The notes: generated by a model not told the origin, from the letters alone. A DNA stretch of 63,957 bases, filler included, from Octopus bimaculoides (GCF_001194135.2; 7 parts of 5 records of this genome joined end to end with filler, not necessarily neighbours in it), one strand, 5' to 3'. Shown: positions 12,376 to 26,875, counted from the first letter of the whole stretch. Program-made: numbers and translations.

Positions 12376-14648
12376 GACCAGAGGAAAAATGGGATCAGTT
12401 CAAAGAAGTCATCACAGAGACAGCCAAAACAGTTCTAGTCCGAAGGGAAAAGCTTCATCAGGACTGGTTTGATGACAACGACGAGGCTGCACAGGCACTG
12501 TTGGGTGATAAGAAAAAGGCTAATAGTGATTCGCAGAAGCACCCAAACTGCCCCTCACGGCGCGACAGGTATAGGGGCTGTGAAACCAGAGCCCAGAGGG
12601 AGCTTTGCAGCATGCATGATAGATGTTGGGCGCAGAAAACTGAAGAAGTGAAACTCTGCGCTGACACCAACAACTCCAAGATGCTGTACAGTGCCATGAA
12701 GGCCATTTACGGCCCTTCCAGAAATGGAACAGCCCCGCCGATAGCTCAACAGTCATCAAAGATAAAGAAGGAATCAGGGCAAGATAGGAGGAGCACTTCA
12801 GCCAATTCCTAAACCGGCTATCCACTGTCGACCAGGAAGCATTGCAAGCAAATACCTCAGAAGCCTCTACTCAAAGACCTTGACCTGCTGCCTAATGTAG
12901 AAGAGGTCTAGATTGCCATAAAAGAAATGAACTATAGCAAAACTCCGGCGCCATATGGAATTCCTGCAGAACTGTACAAGGCACTTGATACCACGGCTTT
13001 CAGTACATTCCATGACATCCTTGTATCCGTTTAAGAAGAAAAGAATATACCTGCAAATTTCCGAGACGCCACCTTGATTACACTCTACAAGAACGAAGTA
13101 ACCAATCAGAGCATTTCCCTGCTTTCCATTGCTGGAAAAATCCTGGCTCGCATCTTCTTTAGCAGGTTCATTATCAGTGTATCTGAGAATAAATTGTCTG
13201 AAGCCCAATGTGGTTTCCGCCCTGGCAGCACCGTAGACATGGTGTTTGCTGTGTCAAGGAGAAATGTATTGAACAACAGATGGATTTGTAATCTGTGTTC
13301 ATAGACCTGACCAAAGCTTTTGACACAGTCAACAGAGAAGCTTTGTAGACCATCCTAACCAAGCTGGACTGCCCACACAAGTTCACCACAGATAAGACTC
13401 TTTTACGACAATATGATCAGTTAAGTTTTTTGCAATGGTGATTGCATCAACTCTTTCAATATTTACAGTGGCTTGAAACGGCTGTGTACTCATCCCCGTC
13501 TTGTTCAACTTGTTCTTCACAGTCCTACTTTACACAATGAAAGACCTAGACCTGGGCATATACACCAAATACCGCTCAGACGGCTCTGTTTTTGACATCC
13601 GCCGACTCTGCACGAACCAAGACAGTGGAAAAGCTTATATCTGAAGCCCTATTTGTAGGTGACTGTGCCCTTATGGCACACAAGGAAAGCCACTTGCAGT
13701 CCATTGTTGATCGCTTTGAAAAAACATCAAGGCTCTTTGGACTGACCATTAGCCTTGAGAAAACGGAGATCCTAGTCCAAGGAACCCCAAACACAATTCA
13801 CCCCCTGCCAGTTTCAGTGTATGGAAAGTTTCATGTACCTTGGCAGCACAATCTTAGCTGATGGATCATTGGACAGTGAAATATCATCCAGTATCCACAA
13901 GGCCAGCCAAGCACTTGGAAGGTTGAAAATGAAAGTCCTCCAGCAGAAAGGCGTAAAACTATATACAAAGCTCAAGATCTACAAGGCTGTAGTCGTTTCA
14001 ATACTTTTATGGATGTCAAACATGGACCCCATACCATCGGCATCTCAAGCAGCTGTCACATTTTCCCACAAGGGCACTGCGCAGGACCATGGACATTCGT
14101 TGGCAGGACAGTGTGACGAACCAAAAAGTACTGGACAGAGCTTGTTCAACAAGCATTGAGTCAATGGTGCTGAAGGCTCAATTACATGGACTAACCATGT
14201 CATCAGAATGACTGACAACCGTGTACCCATATAACTGTTGTACGGCGAACTCACGCAGGGCTCACGCAGGGCTCACGCAGGGCTCACGCAGGGCTCATGC
14301 AAACGAGGAAGACCTAAACTGAGGTACAAAGACACTCTGAAAAGTAACCTGAAATGGAATGGCATTCGACCTGGTGAAGTCGAAGCCTATGCTGCAGACA
14401 AATTAGTATGGCGGTCTCTCACTTCACGAGTAGCAGGTACATTCGAAGAGGACCAGCGACGGCGTCTCGATGTTGCAAGAGGAAGATGTCACAGAACAGT
14501 ATCCGCCTCAGCCCAGTCAAGAGATTATCACTATGACATCTGTGGGCGACTGTGTACCTCCGGTTTTGGACTGCGCATGCGCTCTCATCGCTGAGAATAA
14601 AGACTTTGTCTTATCGTCATCGGACACCGATGGACTATCTACCATATA
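12376..14648 (+). mobile_element. RTE-clade LINE, 5'-truncated and frameshifted (RT plus C-terminal C2H2-like finger)
   Basis: DLTKAFDTVNREAL, FVGDCALMAH (YADD position), GLTISLEKTE, LYGELTQG..RGRPKLRYKDTLK, DICGRLCTSGFGLRMRSH; ends in an (AT)n tail. Confidence 0.92.
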
Positions 14649-15599
14649 TATATTAATAGTTATCGCCAAGCTAACATGGCTTCCCATTGCTGGTTCAACA
14701 TCCACAGACTAGTTTCGAGTTGCTGATCTCCCCTGTTCGAAGGTTGTAATGGACACAGGTTTGTGTGTCACATAGCTAGCTAGAGGCGATGGCCTCTTGG
14801 AGCTAATCAACGGCAGCATTCGTCCTATTTTCCTGGACTGCCATGTTAGCTTGGCGATAACTATTAATATCCAGTGCCGCTGCCGTAGTCTCTACGTATA
14901 TATGCATATACTCATTTATTATTTGTTTATATATATATATATATATAAGATACAGGTAAGGGAATAATTTTATTCTCAAACGCAGGATAATGCTAATAAT
15001 ATAGCATGAACAGGATAAACTACCCATATTTTGCAGAAAAATCTGTCGGCGGCCGTCGTTTTTACAATAGAATGTCTTATATAAATTTATAATTATTCTA
15101 TATCAGAGCCTGTCTTCCCCGACAAATAGGCTTCTTATCCAGGACAGATTTGTGCAATTTTTCGCCAAAGAACTTCGTTGAGGATTCTTTTCCTTTTTAA
15201 ATTATTTAGATGTCTGTTGAACATTTTCACATGACTTTATTCATCAAAACTTCAGAAGTTCTTACAACTTTGGTTGCCGTAATGCTTTACTTTGGTTTGT
15301 TTAGTAAAAATTCCTCCTCCTAATGATTTTGCTTTCATTTCGTGATAGACGGCTATCATACAGAAAATGCCAGCTTCCAAATCCTGTTTTCTGATTATGT
15401 AAAATTAATTAAAATTTCAACCTTAGTAACATTTTTCTGCAACTTTTCTGGGATAAATAAATAACAAAATCGGATTGAATGTGGAAAACCATTTCAATAT
15501 ACCAAATTTTGAAGTTTTGATGTAATTTTAAAATCTCACATTGTGTGACAGCAACAGGAAAGACCCTACAGAAGTAGAGAGACAGACAGTTATAGGACG

Positions 15600-15631
<32 letters not shown>

Positions 15632-15702
15632 TTACAAATGTACACATAGGTAATCACAAGTTTAAAATAGTGTATAGTAGACATATGTATGCATGTACGT
15701 AC

Positions 15703-15734
<32 letters not shown>

Positions 15735-16137
15735 GTGTGTGTGTGTGTGAGTGTTTTTTTGCGATGGACAGCAGAAAAGCCACCTACCTTCTCCCTCCTT
15801 AAAGCTTCGTATTCCTCATACCCCGCTTTCTTTGTATTTACGAAAGTATGTATGCAGTGTTTCGTGTATGACAGCAGTAGTAAAGTTAGCCTCCCATTGT
15901 CACCGCTGTTCTCGCTTTCACTGATATAAGGCACCCTCTCTCTGTTACTACCCTTCCTTCAGACTAATAATTTTTGCAACCTTCTCATTTTATCATATAA
16001 TTCACCTAACGACTCGTGGGGAGCACATTTTAGATTATTATTGAAATCTAATTACCTTATTATTGAACTGGATGTTATTGTAACATGTATGCAGTTTCGA
16101 TGGTTTAGGCACTAATATGGTAACAGACACACAGGCA

Positions 16138-16243
<106 letters not shown>

Positions 16244-17429
16244 ATAATACAAATGATATATGAGCATATGCATGTATACATACATATATGTACATACCTA
16301 CATCTACATGTATATATAGATGCATATCCGGGTACAAGACGTCAGAAAAAGGAACGGGAACATAAAGCACAAAAACGGACTTTGTTTCCAGACAACAGAA
16401 CGAACACATAGGAATACAGACGAGCCACTTATGGAATTTTTCCTTCATCAGCTGCCTCTATTCTAAACTAGGTATTTCGAAGATGAGGCAGAACGCGCTC
16501 TTAGAATACCTCTTCCTGAATAGTGGATTAACCTACTAAACAGAGGATTCCAAGGTAGCAAACACAAACCAAGACAGGAAAAATTAGACGGTGAAAACAA
16601 CATTAAAAGTCGTAGGGCCGGCAAATGAAAGACGGAAGATGGAATATACTTCAACATGGTTGTTCTGTTCGAACGGACGTTTAATAACTAGCTTCTTTGC
16701 TTTTGTATGTGTGTGTGTGTGTGTGTGCATGCATACATACATACATACATACATACATACATACATGCATACATACATGCATACATATATATCTATATAT
16801 ATGTATATATATATATATGCATATGTGCGTTCTCCCGCGTGTGTGAGCTTCATGCCATATTTAATAGTTTGGTAAAAATTAAATTACAATGGAGAAACCT
16901 AACAAGATCGAAACATGTCGAGAATTCTCTCCGTGCTTCTAATAAAGAGAATCAACCCATTTACTTTGCTCACATTCCATTATATATTAATTTTAATAAA
17001 TTCAAATTTAGGACTTGTGTTATATAACTTTCTTGAGCAATATTAATGATTAAGCTAATGAATGTTTCGTTATAATTTTAATGAATTAAAATCTCTTGAC
17101 CCACTTTCATGAGCACCGACCTTGCGATTTGCTTTTAAATGCAGATTGTATTCTCAGATGTCTTTTCACTGTCTTTAATTCCTGCAGTTTGCGATATTGA
17201 AAGGTCACTTGTAGAGTTAAAAAAAAAACAAACAAAAAAAAACAATGAAAGAACGGTCGAAAAACTTCGCTCTAATGAAGACTGAAATAAACTGCTGGAT
17301 AACGTAAGCATACATTCACATTACTATCAACGAGTCTGTTGATGCTAAATGTTAAAAACGTAATCATATTGAAATGTCATGTTTCAGTGAATATTCAGCA
17401 CTCATTATTCTAATATGTATTTTGTTGAG

Positions 17430-18150
17430 TAGTTATATAGCAGATCCTATTCTACAGTAGGCGTCATTATGTAAAGTAATATAATTTTTTTGTCGTCTTG
17501 GAATTTGTAGTCGAGTGGACCAGTATAATTTATGATAAATCTGATGTATATAAATATGTGTCCTCTGTTTGTGGTAGCCGAATGGGATGGCAATGAATGT
17601 TTTTGTCTTATTGTTTTGTGTATTGTAGATAAATGTAAGCGTTTTTAGAATTGACTGATAAAATAGAAGTTTATGTACAAAGAGAATCACTGGAGTTCGT
17701 AGGTTCCATGTTCAATCTGTTTCTTTAAAGTCAGGTTTCTTGGTTGTTAGGGTACGGTTGGAGAAATTGGGCAGCTATATTATATTAATGATAAGAATAT
17801 ATAACCCTAATGTCATCTGTGGAAGGTCGTTTGTAGAAAGTCATATGTTTTGTTAAATGTAAATATAGATTAAAGTTCACGAGAAAAAGAACGGAGTTTT
17901 CTTTAACTGTGGGAATTTATAGATGCTAAATTTTCGGTTGTACTCTACATAGGGTTGGCAAACAGAGAAACAGTTTTCCAGACAATCGTTTAATGTCGTT
18001 CTTTTATAAAGTGTTTAGGATTTTATGTAAAGTTGCGAACGGGGATAACGGAGTTAAAAGCATTGCTGATGTCAAAATTTCTCATTTTCAGTAGTTATAT
18101 TTTAATAAATTAACTAAATGTCTGTAAGAACGACCGTGCGAACCAAAAGG
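17430..18150 (-). mobile_element. Very degenerate RT remnant, probably Penelope-like
   Basis: Short minus-strand motifs NAFNSVIPVRNFT (about LNS.HP.I.FT) and FYKRPSTD (about YRKPT); many stops. Confidence 0.3.
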
Positions 18151-18762
18151 AGAAATGGTGATGAATGGAAAGCAGGCTCCTTTATTAACGCGTCACACGG
18201 TCGACACAAAATATAAAGATATGTTATAATACTATAACATAGAGAACTAAGAAATTTGCCAGTAAGGAACATGATAGAAACGCAACCGTATGAGATGAAT
18301 AACAGTAAGATTTATTGGAGCATTAAACTGTATGTCTCTGTGTGTGTGAATGCGACATAATAGACCACAATATAAGACTGGCCGTTATGTAAACAAAAGA
18401 GTGTGTATACAAATGTATGTATGTGTATGTAAGAGTTACAAAGTATAGATAAGAGTCAGTAACACGGATAAAGAAAATAAACCAGTTCTTAGTTAAGGNN
18501 NNNNNNNNCAATTGCCGCGTAAATAAAAGTCAGTCAGGTAATGGACACAGCAGGCGGGAAAGAGTTGCATTCTACTACGCTCGCCTGTTAATATATATAC
18601 TAGTGAGAGAAGTGTTCACTACATGTCTTTAACGATCCTGTTAAGAAATGTGTGTTTGCGTACAAACATACATAGTACACACACACACACACACGCACAA
18701 ACACACACACAGGCACACACACATATATATACATACATACATGCATACATACNNNNNNNNNN

Positions 18763-19160
18763 GGCGGCGATGCTGGTAGTCGTAGTTGAAGTGGTTGTTG
18801 ATGTCGTCGCTGAAACTGGCTGGCTGGTTGGTGCTGTGTTACGCGTGTGTGGTCACGACCAGATCTGTGAGGATCTGAGCCGCGACGAATTGCCGCGGAT
18901 AATTTAGGCTATTTATAGATACAGATAGGCTCCAGAGAGCATCAGAAAAACACTCCATCACGTGACCTTATTAGTGGCTACNNNNNNNNNNGATAGGCTC
19001 CAGAGAGCATCAGAAAAACACTCCATCACGTGACCTTATTAGTGGCTACGGTTGGTCGATTTGCGTCCTGGCGGCAAATGGAGTGGAGACAATTGCCGCG
19101 TAAATAAAAGTCAGTCAGGTAATGGACACAGCAGGCGGGAAAGAGTTGCATTCTACTACG
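18763..19160 (-). promoter_or_regulatory. Putative Pol II promoter and 5' UTR of a minus-strand transcript
   Basis: CpG-rich unique island. TATAAATA at 18917-18910; pyrimidine-purine step TTC/GTC 31 nt downstream (18886); E-box GTCACGTGA 18966-18958; E2F-like GGCGGGAAA near 19134. Confidence 0.4.
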
Positions 19161-19599
19161 CTCGCCTGTTAATATATATACTAGTGAGAGAAGTGTTCAC
19201 TACATGTCTTTAACGATCCTGTTAAGAAATGTGTGTTTGCGTACAAACATACATAGTACACACACACACACACACGCACAAACACACACACANNNNNNNN
19301 NNNNNNNNNNNNNNNTATATATACATACATACATGCATACATACATACATACATACATACATGCATACATACATACATACATACATACATACATACATAC
19401 AAAAATACCCTGTTGTTGATGTTGAAATTCCAATGAAGGAGCCTTGGATCTAGGTTAGAAACCGGTTCTTTCTCGATTGGCAAGAAATCTTGAAATAAAT
19501 TGAGTAATGACATACATAAATACATACACACATACATATAGATAATAATACTCTTATCATATTCATATATATGTATGTCCTTTGTATTGTCACGATCTG

Positions 19600-20110
19600 T
19601 TTGTGTTCGGTTGTCTTCTATGATATACTCGTATATATTTTGAATACAAGACTTTCTCTATTTTAAGAGGTCACTGCTACAGTATTCCTTGTTCTATCCC
19701 ATCGGAGTGTCATCTGATAATTGAAGAAATTCGTTTTGGCTATAGTTTTGATCTGGGTGCAATTGTTATGAGAATGTCGTGGATAATGATAAAGTTTTTC
19801 AATTTCATAGAAATTGTTTAAAAACCGTAAACGATTTTTTTCGTGCTTCGGTTATGGATTTTAGGAGGAAAAATTATGATGGGACTTCCCTGCTTCTCGT
19901 TCTTAGTTTAATTTTAAAGATACTTAAGGAAGAAGGTTATAGTATCCATTACTTTTGCAGATCTTTGAGACATAAAGCGGAAGTGGTAAATGCCTATTCT
20001 AAACATCTGCAAGTCAACGTAGGCCGAAAATGTGTAGTCCGAATGCTTGCAATAATGTGAACTGTATTTATGACACTCAGGGGCCAGAGACATACATTTA
20101 TGAATATTAG
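19600..20110 (-). mobile_element. Very degenerate Penelope-like RT remnant
   Basis: Minus NYSQNEFLQLSDDTPMG resembles the PLE 'F.Q..G.PMG' motif; otherwise stop-riddled. Confidence 0.3.
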
Positions 20111-20576
20111 ATGACACATACTAGTTACGCGTAGATTTATCTTTTTGAACATATGTATCTATATTTAGGAGTCTTTATTCATGTCTAAACATTAAGCTGT
20201 ATAGTTTGTATCGTTCACCGGAGTTTCATATGTGAATACTCCCATTTTTTTACTATTACACAATTCACTTTCAGAAATAAATCTGTTCTAATATGAAGAT
20301 GATAACGACTAATTTAGGGGTGATTTGGTTGCTTTTCTATAAGAAAATAAAAAAAGACGAAACAACCACACAAGGGTTCCTTCTTAACCCAGATTCTGTT
20401 TTATAATTTTTAGATAATAGGAATGTCCACATAAAAAGTGTTTATACAAACGCATTTTCTCATTAAGTATTAAATGTTATATTAGGTCTATACACGTACG
20501 TTTGTGGATATACACATACACATACTCCTACCCCTACTTCATCTTTTCCTCCTGAGTATGTACATATGGTGCGTGA

Positions 20577-20640
<64 letters not shown>

Positions 20641-20745
20641 GTACATATATATGTATACATATATATATATTATATATATACATATATATAAATATACATA
20701 TACATATACATATATATATATATATATCTACATACATATATATAT

Positions 20746-20779
<34 letters not shown>

Positions 20780-21592
20780 NNNNNNNNNNNNNNNNNNNNN
20801 NNNNNNNNNNNNNNNNNNNNNNNNNNNNNNNNNNNNNNNNNNNNNNNNNNNNNNNNNNNNNNNNNNNNNNNNNNNNNNNNNNNNNNNNNNNNNNNNNNNN
20901 NNNNNNNNNNNNNNNNNNNNNNNNNNNNNNNNNNNNNNNNNNNNNNNNNNNNNNNNNNNNNNNNNNNNNNNNNNNNNNNNNNNNNNNNNNNNNNNNNNNN
21001 NNNNNNNNNNNNNNNNNNNNNNNNNNNNNNNNNNNNNNNNNNNNNNNNNNNNNNNNNNNNNNNNNNNNNNNNNNNNNNNNNNNNNNNNNNNNNNNNNNNN
21101 NNNNNNNNNNATATATATATATACATATATATACACACACACACATATCTATACATTGATAAAACACACACACACACACACGCATATATGAACATATACG
21201 CACACATACAGAGGCACACACACACACACACACACACACATACATACATACATACATATATATACACAATCGTACATACATACATACACACACATATTCA
21301 TATGCACACATGTCTATATGCGTGTATGTGAGGCTATATGGTGATGTCTATGTGAGTAGTTACGCGTATGTGTATGATTGAAATCGTCTTAGTTATTTCG
21401 AGAGAAACGGTCATAATTATAGAAATATGTATACATAAATTATCAGCCTAAAACATTTACAGATGTCTTTTACTGCCAATACCGATAAGCTGGTGCAGCT
21501 GGCACATTTTATTCACAAACAGACAGATACATCCAGAATTATGTACGTATATATGTATGTGCTGAGCATATAAATATTTATATCTACATATG

Positions 21593-21628
<36 letters not shown>

Positions 21629-21938
21629 TATGTATATATGCACATTCATGCATACATATATATGCAAACATACGCACTTACATGTATGTTCATGTGTATT
21701 TATTTGTGGGTGGGAACAAATATTATTTATGCGTATGTAAAGAAAAGGGTATAAAAAGGTGTATGCCTGTCAATTTGTCTAATGAAAAATTATTATTATT
21801 ATTTTTTGACAATATTTATTGAAAAAGGCCTTTTATTATAATTAATTATGCACATATTTCGCAAAGTAACAACAAATACCTTCTGATATTTATACTGTAG
21901 CCCTCTGAGAAAACACAGAAAATTCTTTGTTTAGCTGA

Positions 21939-21991
<53 letters not shown>

Positions 21992-22209
21992 AGATGCATC
22001 GGTCGGGAGTGGAACACGGACCGACTGCTTGGAAGGCAACCACAGTGCATATTTTTCTGATTTATTGATCCTTAGACGATGGCTTACATGCTACCTCATA
22101 CTGCAAACTGTAACACAATAGGTCACCCGCATCTTGTACCTTATAGCTGCTATCTCCGGCGGCGCGCTCTACGTAGTCCTCAAAGACTCTGCACGGATAC
22201 AAATTATAT

Positions 22210-22790
22210 ATCATATTACCATGGGATTATATGACCTAGAATATTCAACAAAGAATATCCCAACTCTACACGAGGCTGCTGGAGAAGATGATTGACCTCG
22301 TCAAGCGAATGAGATGGAAAGCCTTTTTCTTCGACCAACTTAAACCACACACGGAAACAAATAATCTTGGACTGAAAACCAAGATCAAAGAACTGGAGGC
22401 CTTTAAAAACGACCATTTTAATTTTGTATCTCGCTTGAAATCCATAAATCGTCTAACGCTTTCAAGCATAAATTCAGAGTAGATATCCATAGACTTTTGA
22501 TAGGACTCCTCTTTCCCTATAAGACCATAAAATCTATATAGAGTAAGTAACGATACGTATGCACAGATACTTAGCAATAGCAACACACAGACGTACAGGA
22601 GGCCTAAAAAAGATAACAATCAAACTAGTATACATGATAGGGGAGAAACACTGCGAAGAAAGAGGCCTTTACTACGATCAAAGACCTTTAGCTAAACTTT
22701 TCCTTTAATCTCCGGTATAGGCTGATAAATCCCACGAAGTCTGAGATCGGGCCTCTGAGCTCATTATAAAAAACAGCTCATTATAAAAAA
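22210..22790 (+). mobile_element. Penelope-like element fragments
   Basis: EYSTKNIP, LVKRMRWKAFFF, KELEAFKND and KKEAFTTIKD...YRLINPTKSEIG, the PLE N-terminal and pre-RT motifs. Confidence 0.75.
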
Positions 22791-23007
22791 AGATCAGTTG
22801 GCATATTTTCTTCTATGACTTGCAACCCTGACGAACCAGGGTTACATAATCAGGCTATATTTAACATCCCGTTGACCTCCTAGTACGAAACCTATTGGTG
22901 AGATCAGACGTAGTGGATATATGATACGGTACACCTCGATTAATATACCCAGTCTATTGACAAATATAGGAGTGCATATTTTTTCTGATCTATAAATATA
23001 TATATTA

Positions 23008-23510
23008 CATGGAAAAATGCGAGCATGAAAGTAATATTCTTAAGATTATAAACCTGGAAAAGTACAGGACAAGTTATTACACCTGTAAAAGTATAGGACA
23101 AACTATTACTTCGAGTAAAGTAAAGAATAAGAAACTTTTTACTTAAAATATTACAGCAAAGAATGCCAGTTCTTCTAATTTATCCCTCTTTACAGTTCTC
23201 ATCTTTTAAATTTATTGTACAAAACTGTTCAGCTAATTTGTAAGTTTGTCTAATTAGTCACTTTTATCTGTATTTCAGGAAGTAATTTAGCGAAATTCTA
23301 CTTAAATAAGTATAGTGTTATTTGTAAACTATAATAAAATATTTTTTAATATTCAAATATTAATTTTAGCTGCAATATTTTAAGTAAAAAGTTTCTTTTT
23401 ACTTGAAGTAATAGTTTGTCCTATACTTTTACAGGTGTAATAACTTGTCCTGTACATTTCCAGGTTTATAATCTTAAGAATATTACTTTTCATGCTCGCA
23501 TTTTTCCATG
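23008..23510. mobile_element. MITE/foldback element with ~150-bp TIRs and TA TSD (Tc1/mariner-type)
   Basis: 23008-23158 is the near-perfect reverse complement of about 23368-23510; TA|CATGG...CCATG|TA; no ORF. Confidence 0.85.
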
Positions 23511-23939
23511 TAATCCATGATTTTTCCAGGCATTGCTGTTATAAGGTAATTAATAATGTGTCAATAATTTAGGATTTTACCTTATAAAATACTGGGTAGG
23601 GGGATACATTGGCTGCTATTTTTAGTGTGTCGAGCGGCCAGGTAGAGGCTCTTTCATTGGTTTGATTGTATGATGAGATTTTTTTTACACATATCTGTAT
23701 AATATGCATATATATCATCGGCAGAAGTTAGAGAGTAAGTCAAAACCTGAGAGTTTCGTGTATTGGCACTTATCAAACACGAATTAGTTCATTGTTACTT
23801 TGTAACTTGTGACGAAATAACTTCTAAATTACAAAGTTTTGTCAAAAACGTTAAGAGTAAACCCTGTTCTATGTGACACATTGTACCAGTATCAGAAGTT
23901 TCAAAGTGTTTAGTTAAAAAAATTAATTAAATAACCTGT

Positions 23940-24070
23940 ACGTCAAATTGAATAGATCCGAAATGGATAAAAAGCGAAGTCGACCTCGACGGAATTTGAA
24001 CTCAAAACACAGAAGAAATACCGTTAAACATTTCGCCCGGCGCACTAATGCTTCTGCCAGCTCGCCGCTG
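23940..24070 (-). mobile_element. SINE family C, head part
   Basis: 'gtcgacctcgacggaatttgaactc...ctgccagctcgccgc'. Confidence 0.7.
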
Positions 24071-24862
24071 TGGGACATAGGTATTCATTTTAGTAATAGA
24101 TTCTTTAATATTATTATAGATAAGCGTTACTCTCTTACTTTCTTACACGAAATTTCGTGGTATTTCACCCCATAACTTTTCTTCTACTAATTTTTGTTCA
24201 ATGCAACTAATGACTCTGAATTCCTCATACATTTTTCTATCATTTAAGCCTTAGAAAAGTATACTTTTATTTTAAAATTAAAAAGCTTATGTTAATTTCA
24301 GGTGAATAGGTGCCTTACTGCTCCCCCCCACACCTTGAGATCGCAGATATTTTGATGTAACTTTTTTTCTACTGAACAAAATCTCAAACTATTTATGCCA
24401 AAGTGTAGCTGAGGAGGTGTCCACTTTAAAACTGTTAACAGTTTGCAATTTAGTTGAGAACTGAATTAGTGGTGAAGCTTGGAAGCTGCTGTGATTGACG
24501 AAATGGTGGACTTAAGAATATATTCAACCACTACCGTGGTTAAATGATATATATATATATATATATATGTGAGTAAAAATAAATACAAAAAAAGGGTTTT
24601 GTATGATTGTGTATAGAGGAATATATTATTTTGTTTAATAGAGTTACAACTCTGTCTGTTTTTTATGTTTTATTTATATTCTTGTAAAATTAATGTGGGA
24701 TATAGAATATGGAATATACAATATATAATATAAAAATGGATGGTACAATGAAATAAAGTATTNNNNNNNNNNNNNNNNNNNNNNNNNNNNNNNNNNNNNN
24801 NNNNNNTTAATTAATTAANNNNNNNNNNNNNNNNNNNNNNNNNNNNNNNNNNNNNNNNNNNN

Positions 24863-26780
24863 TTGGTGCCACCTTGTTTATGGCTAGTGTTTCGAGGATC
24901 TACGTGTGGGGAACACTGTCGAAAGCCTTTCGGTAGTTGATCCAGGCCATACTGAGGCCTTTCTTCTTTCTGCGGCTGTCTTCAGTTATGGCTGTATTGA
25001 TCATTAATTGATCTTTACAGCCGTATGAGCCCTTGCAGCATCCCTTCTGCTCTTCTGGAAACAGGTTGTTATTTTCCAGGTGCTTACTCAATCTCTGCGA
25101 CATTATTGCAGTAAAGGCTTTGTAGATCGTAGGGAGACAGGTTATAGGTCTGTAGTTTTGTGGTTTCTCCGTTTCTGTGGATTTGGGAATTAAGGTGGTT
25201 TTCCCTTTCGTGGGCCATTCAGGCATTGTCTCTTGCTCTGCTAGTATGTTGTTAAAGTTTTCAGCCAGCTTTTTGTGCATTCCTGTCAGGTATTTTAACC
25301 AGAAGTTGGGGATCTTGTCGTGCCCAAGTGCCTTCCAGTTGCTTAGTATTTGCAGTACCTGGGTGACCTCTTCAGTTGTTATAGGGGTCCAGAGTTGCTC
25401 AGGTGCTAAGTTCGTTGTTTTAATGGTCCTTTTCTGGGGTTGTTGCTTCACCGACCATATTTGTTTCCAAAATTCTTCCACTTCTGCTGTTGGTGCTGCA
25501 GTAATGTCTATTTTATTTTTACCCAGTTCTTAGGAGAATTTTTTGGGGTTCGATTTGAACTGTTTGTTTTGTTCAAAGAAACGTTGGCGTTTCTCATACC
25601 GGCGGATCCTTTGTGCTTTAGCAAGGATATCTTGCTTTAGCTTTTCTTTTGCCTCAGGTAAATCTTTTTCTGTAATGTTGTATTTGTACAGTATTTTTGT
25701 TTTCTTCTTGTTACTTAGTTGTGTTGATTGTCTACTAATTTCGTTGAGAATCGATAGATCTTTTCTCTTTTTTAAAATTTTGTTTTGGGTATTATTTATC
25801 AACAAGGTCTGTTTGGGTGGTAGAGCTCCTGTTCTGATGGATTTGAGTGAGTATCCTGCTTCTTTTGTGGCTGCAGTGGCTGCCGCATATATTATGTCAT
25901 TTAGCTCAGTGTTATTGCCAGTTGTTTCTGTGGTTGCTAATTCCGTGACGGCCAGGTTTATGCTATTTATTATTGATGCTGTTTTATTGTCTATTTTGAT
26001 TTTGGGAGATATAATCTGTGGTCCATTCTAAGATCTGTGGTTTTCAGTTCTTTGATTATTCTCATTTTCATAGTATCATAGTCATTAGGTTTCCCTTCGT
26101 TATTCCCAGGTTTTAGATTTGTTTCACCTTCCTTTTCATTCATATGTTTGTCTGTGGTGTTCTGCATTGGTGGTTTGTGTACATTATTATACATCTCTAC
26201 GGTCTGGGTTTGTTGTTTTTTGTTTACNNNNNNNNNNTTTTCGTTCTTTGGGTAGAGCACTGCTGCAAAATAAGCGTGTAGGATTGAAATATATTCCTCA
26301 TGTGTCCATTTATGCCTTTTTGGTTTTATTTGCGGGACATGAGGAACAACGTCCGGCCCTTTACTTTGACGGTCATCATTTTCGTAGGGTACCGGTCCGT
26401 TCATTTCTGTTGTCAGATTGTTTTGCACGTGCACCTCTTCGTACTTTTTGCGTAACAAGTTTAAAGTACGCACTTCCCGGTTGTTATTCATGGGTGGAAT
26501 AATACCGGTATTATTTAATCTGTTTGTAATTTTTTGTACATGGTGTTTGGGGCCGGAGATGGTCTGGTGTTGATGTAACAAGCGTGTTTACGTTTGCTGT
26601 GCGAGTAGTGAAGATGATATCCAGTTAAAATACATCATTATATTTGGAAAAATACAAATAAATTTCAATGAGTATTACTTACTCGGCTATTTTTGGCTCC
26701 ATGCGATGTCTTTATTTCCGATGTTTTTGGATAAATTTCGGAGCAGTGATTTATCGTTCTCACATGTTAAACGTCCCCGG
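24863..26780 (-). mobile_element. Dong/R4-clade LINE, 5' half (cut by a gap inside RT)
   Basis: PKRHKWTHEEYISILHAY, WKALGHDKIPNFWLK, NYRPITCLPTIYK, EEQKGC..GSYGCKDQL, WINYRKAFDSVPH; few stops. Confidence 0.9.
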
Positions 26781-26784
26781 TGTC

Positions 26785-26785
<1 letters not shown>

Positions 26786-26871
<86 letters not shown>
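26786..26871. repeat. (GTT)n(TTA)n; the (TTA)n part is the 3' tail of the adjacent Dong LINE
   Basis: Directly visible; abuts the 3' UTR of 26872-29340. Confidence 0.9.

Positions 26872-26875
<4 letters not shown>

Noticed and set aside
18040-18080. FDISNAFNSV as a CRE/R2-type RT motif
   Set aside because: Neighbouring motifs fit a Penelope-like remnant better; too decayed to decide.
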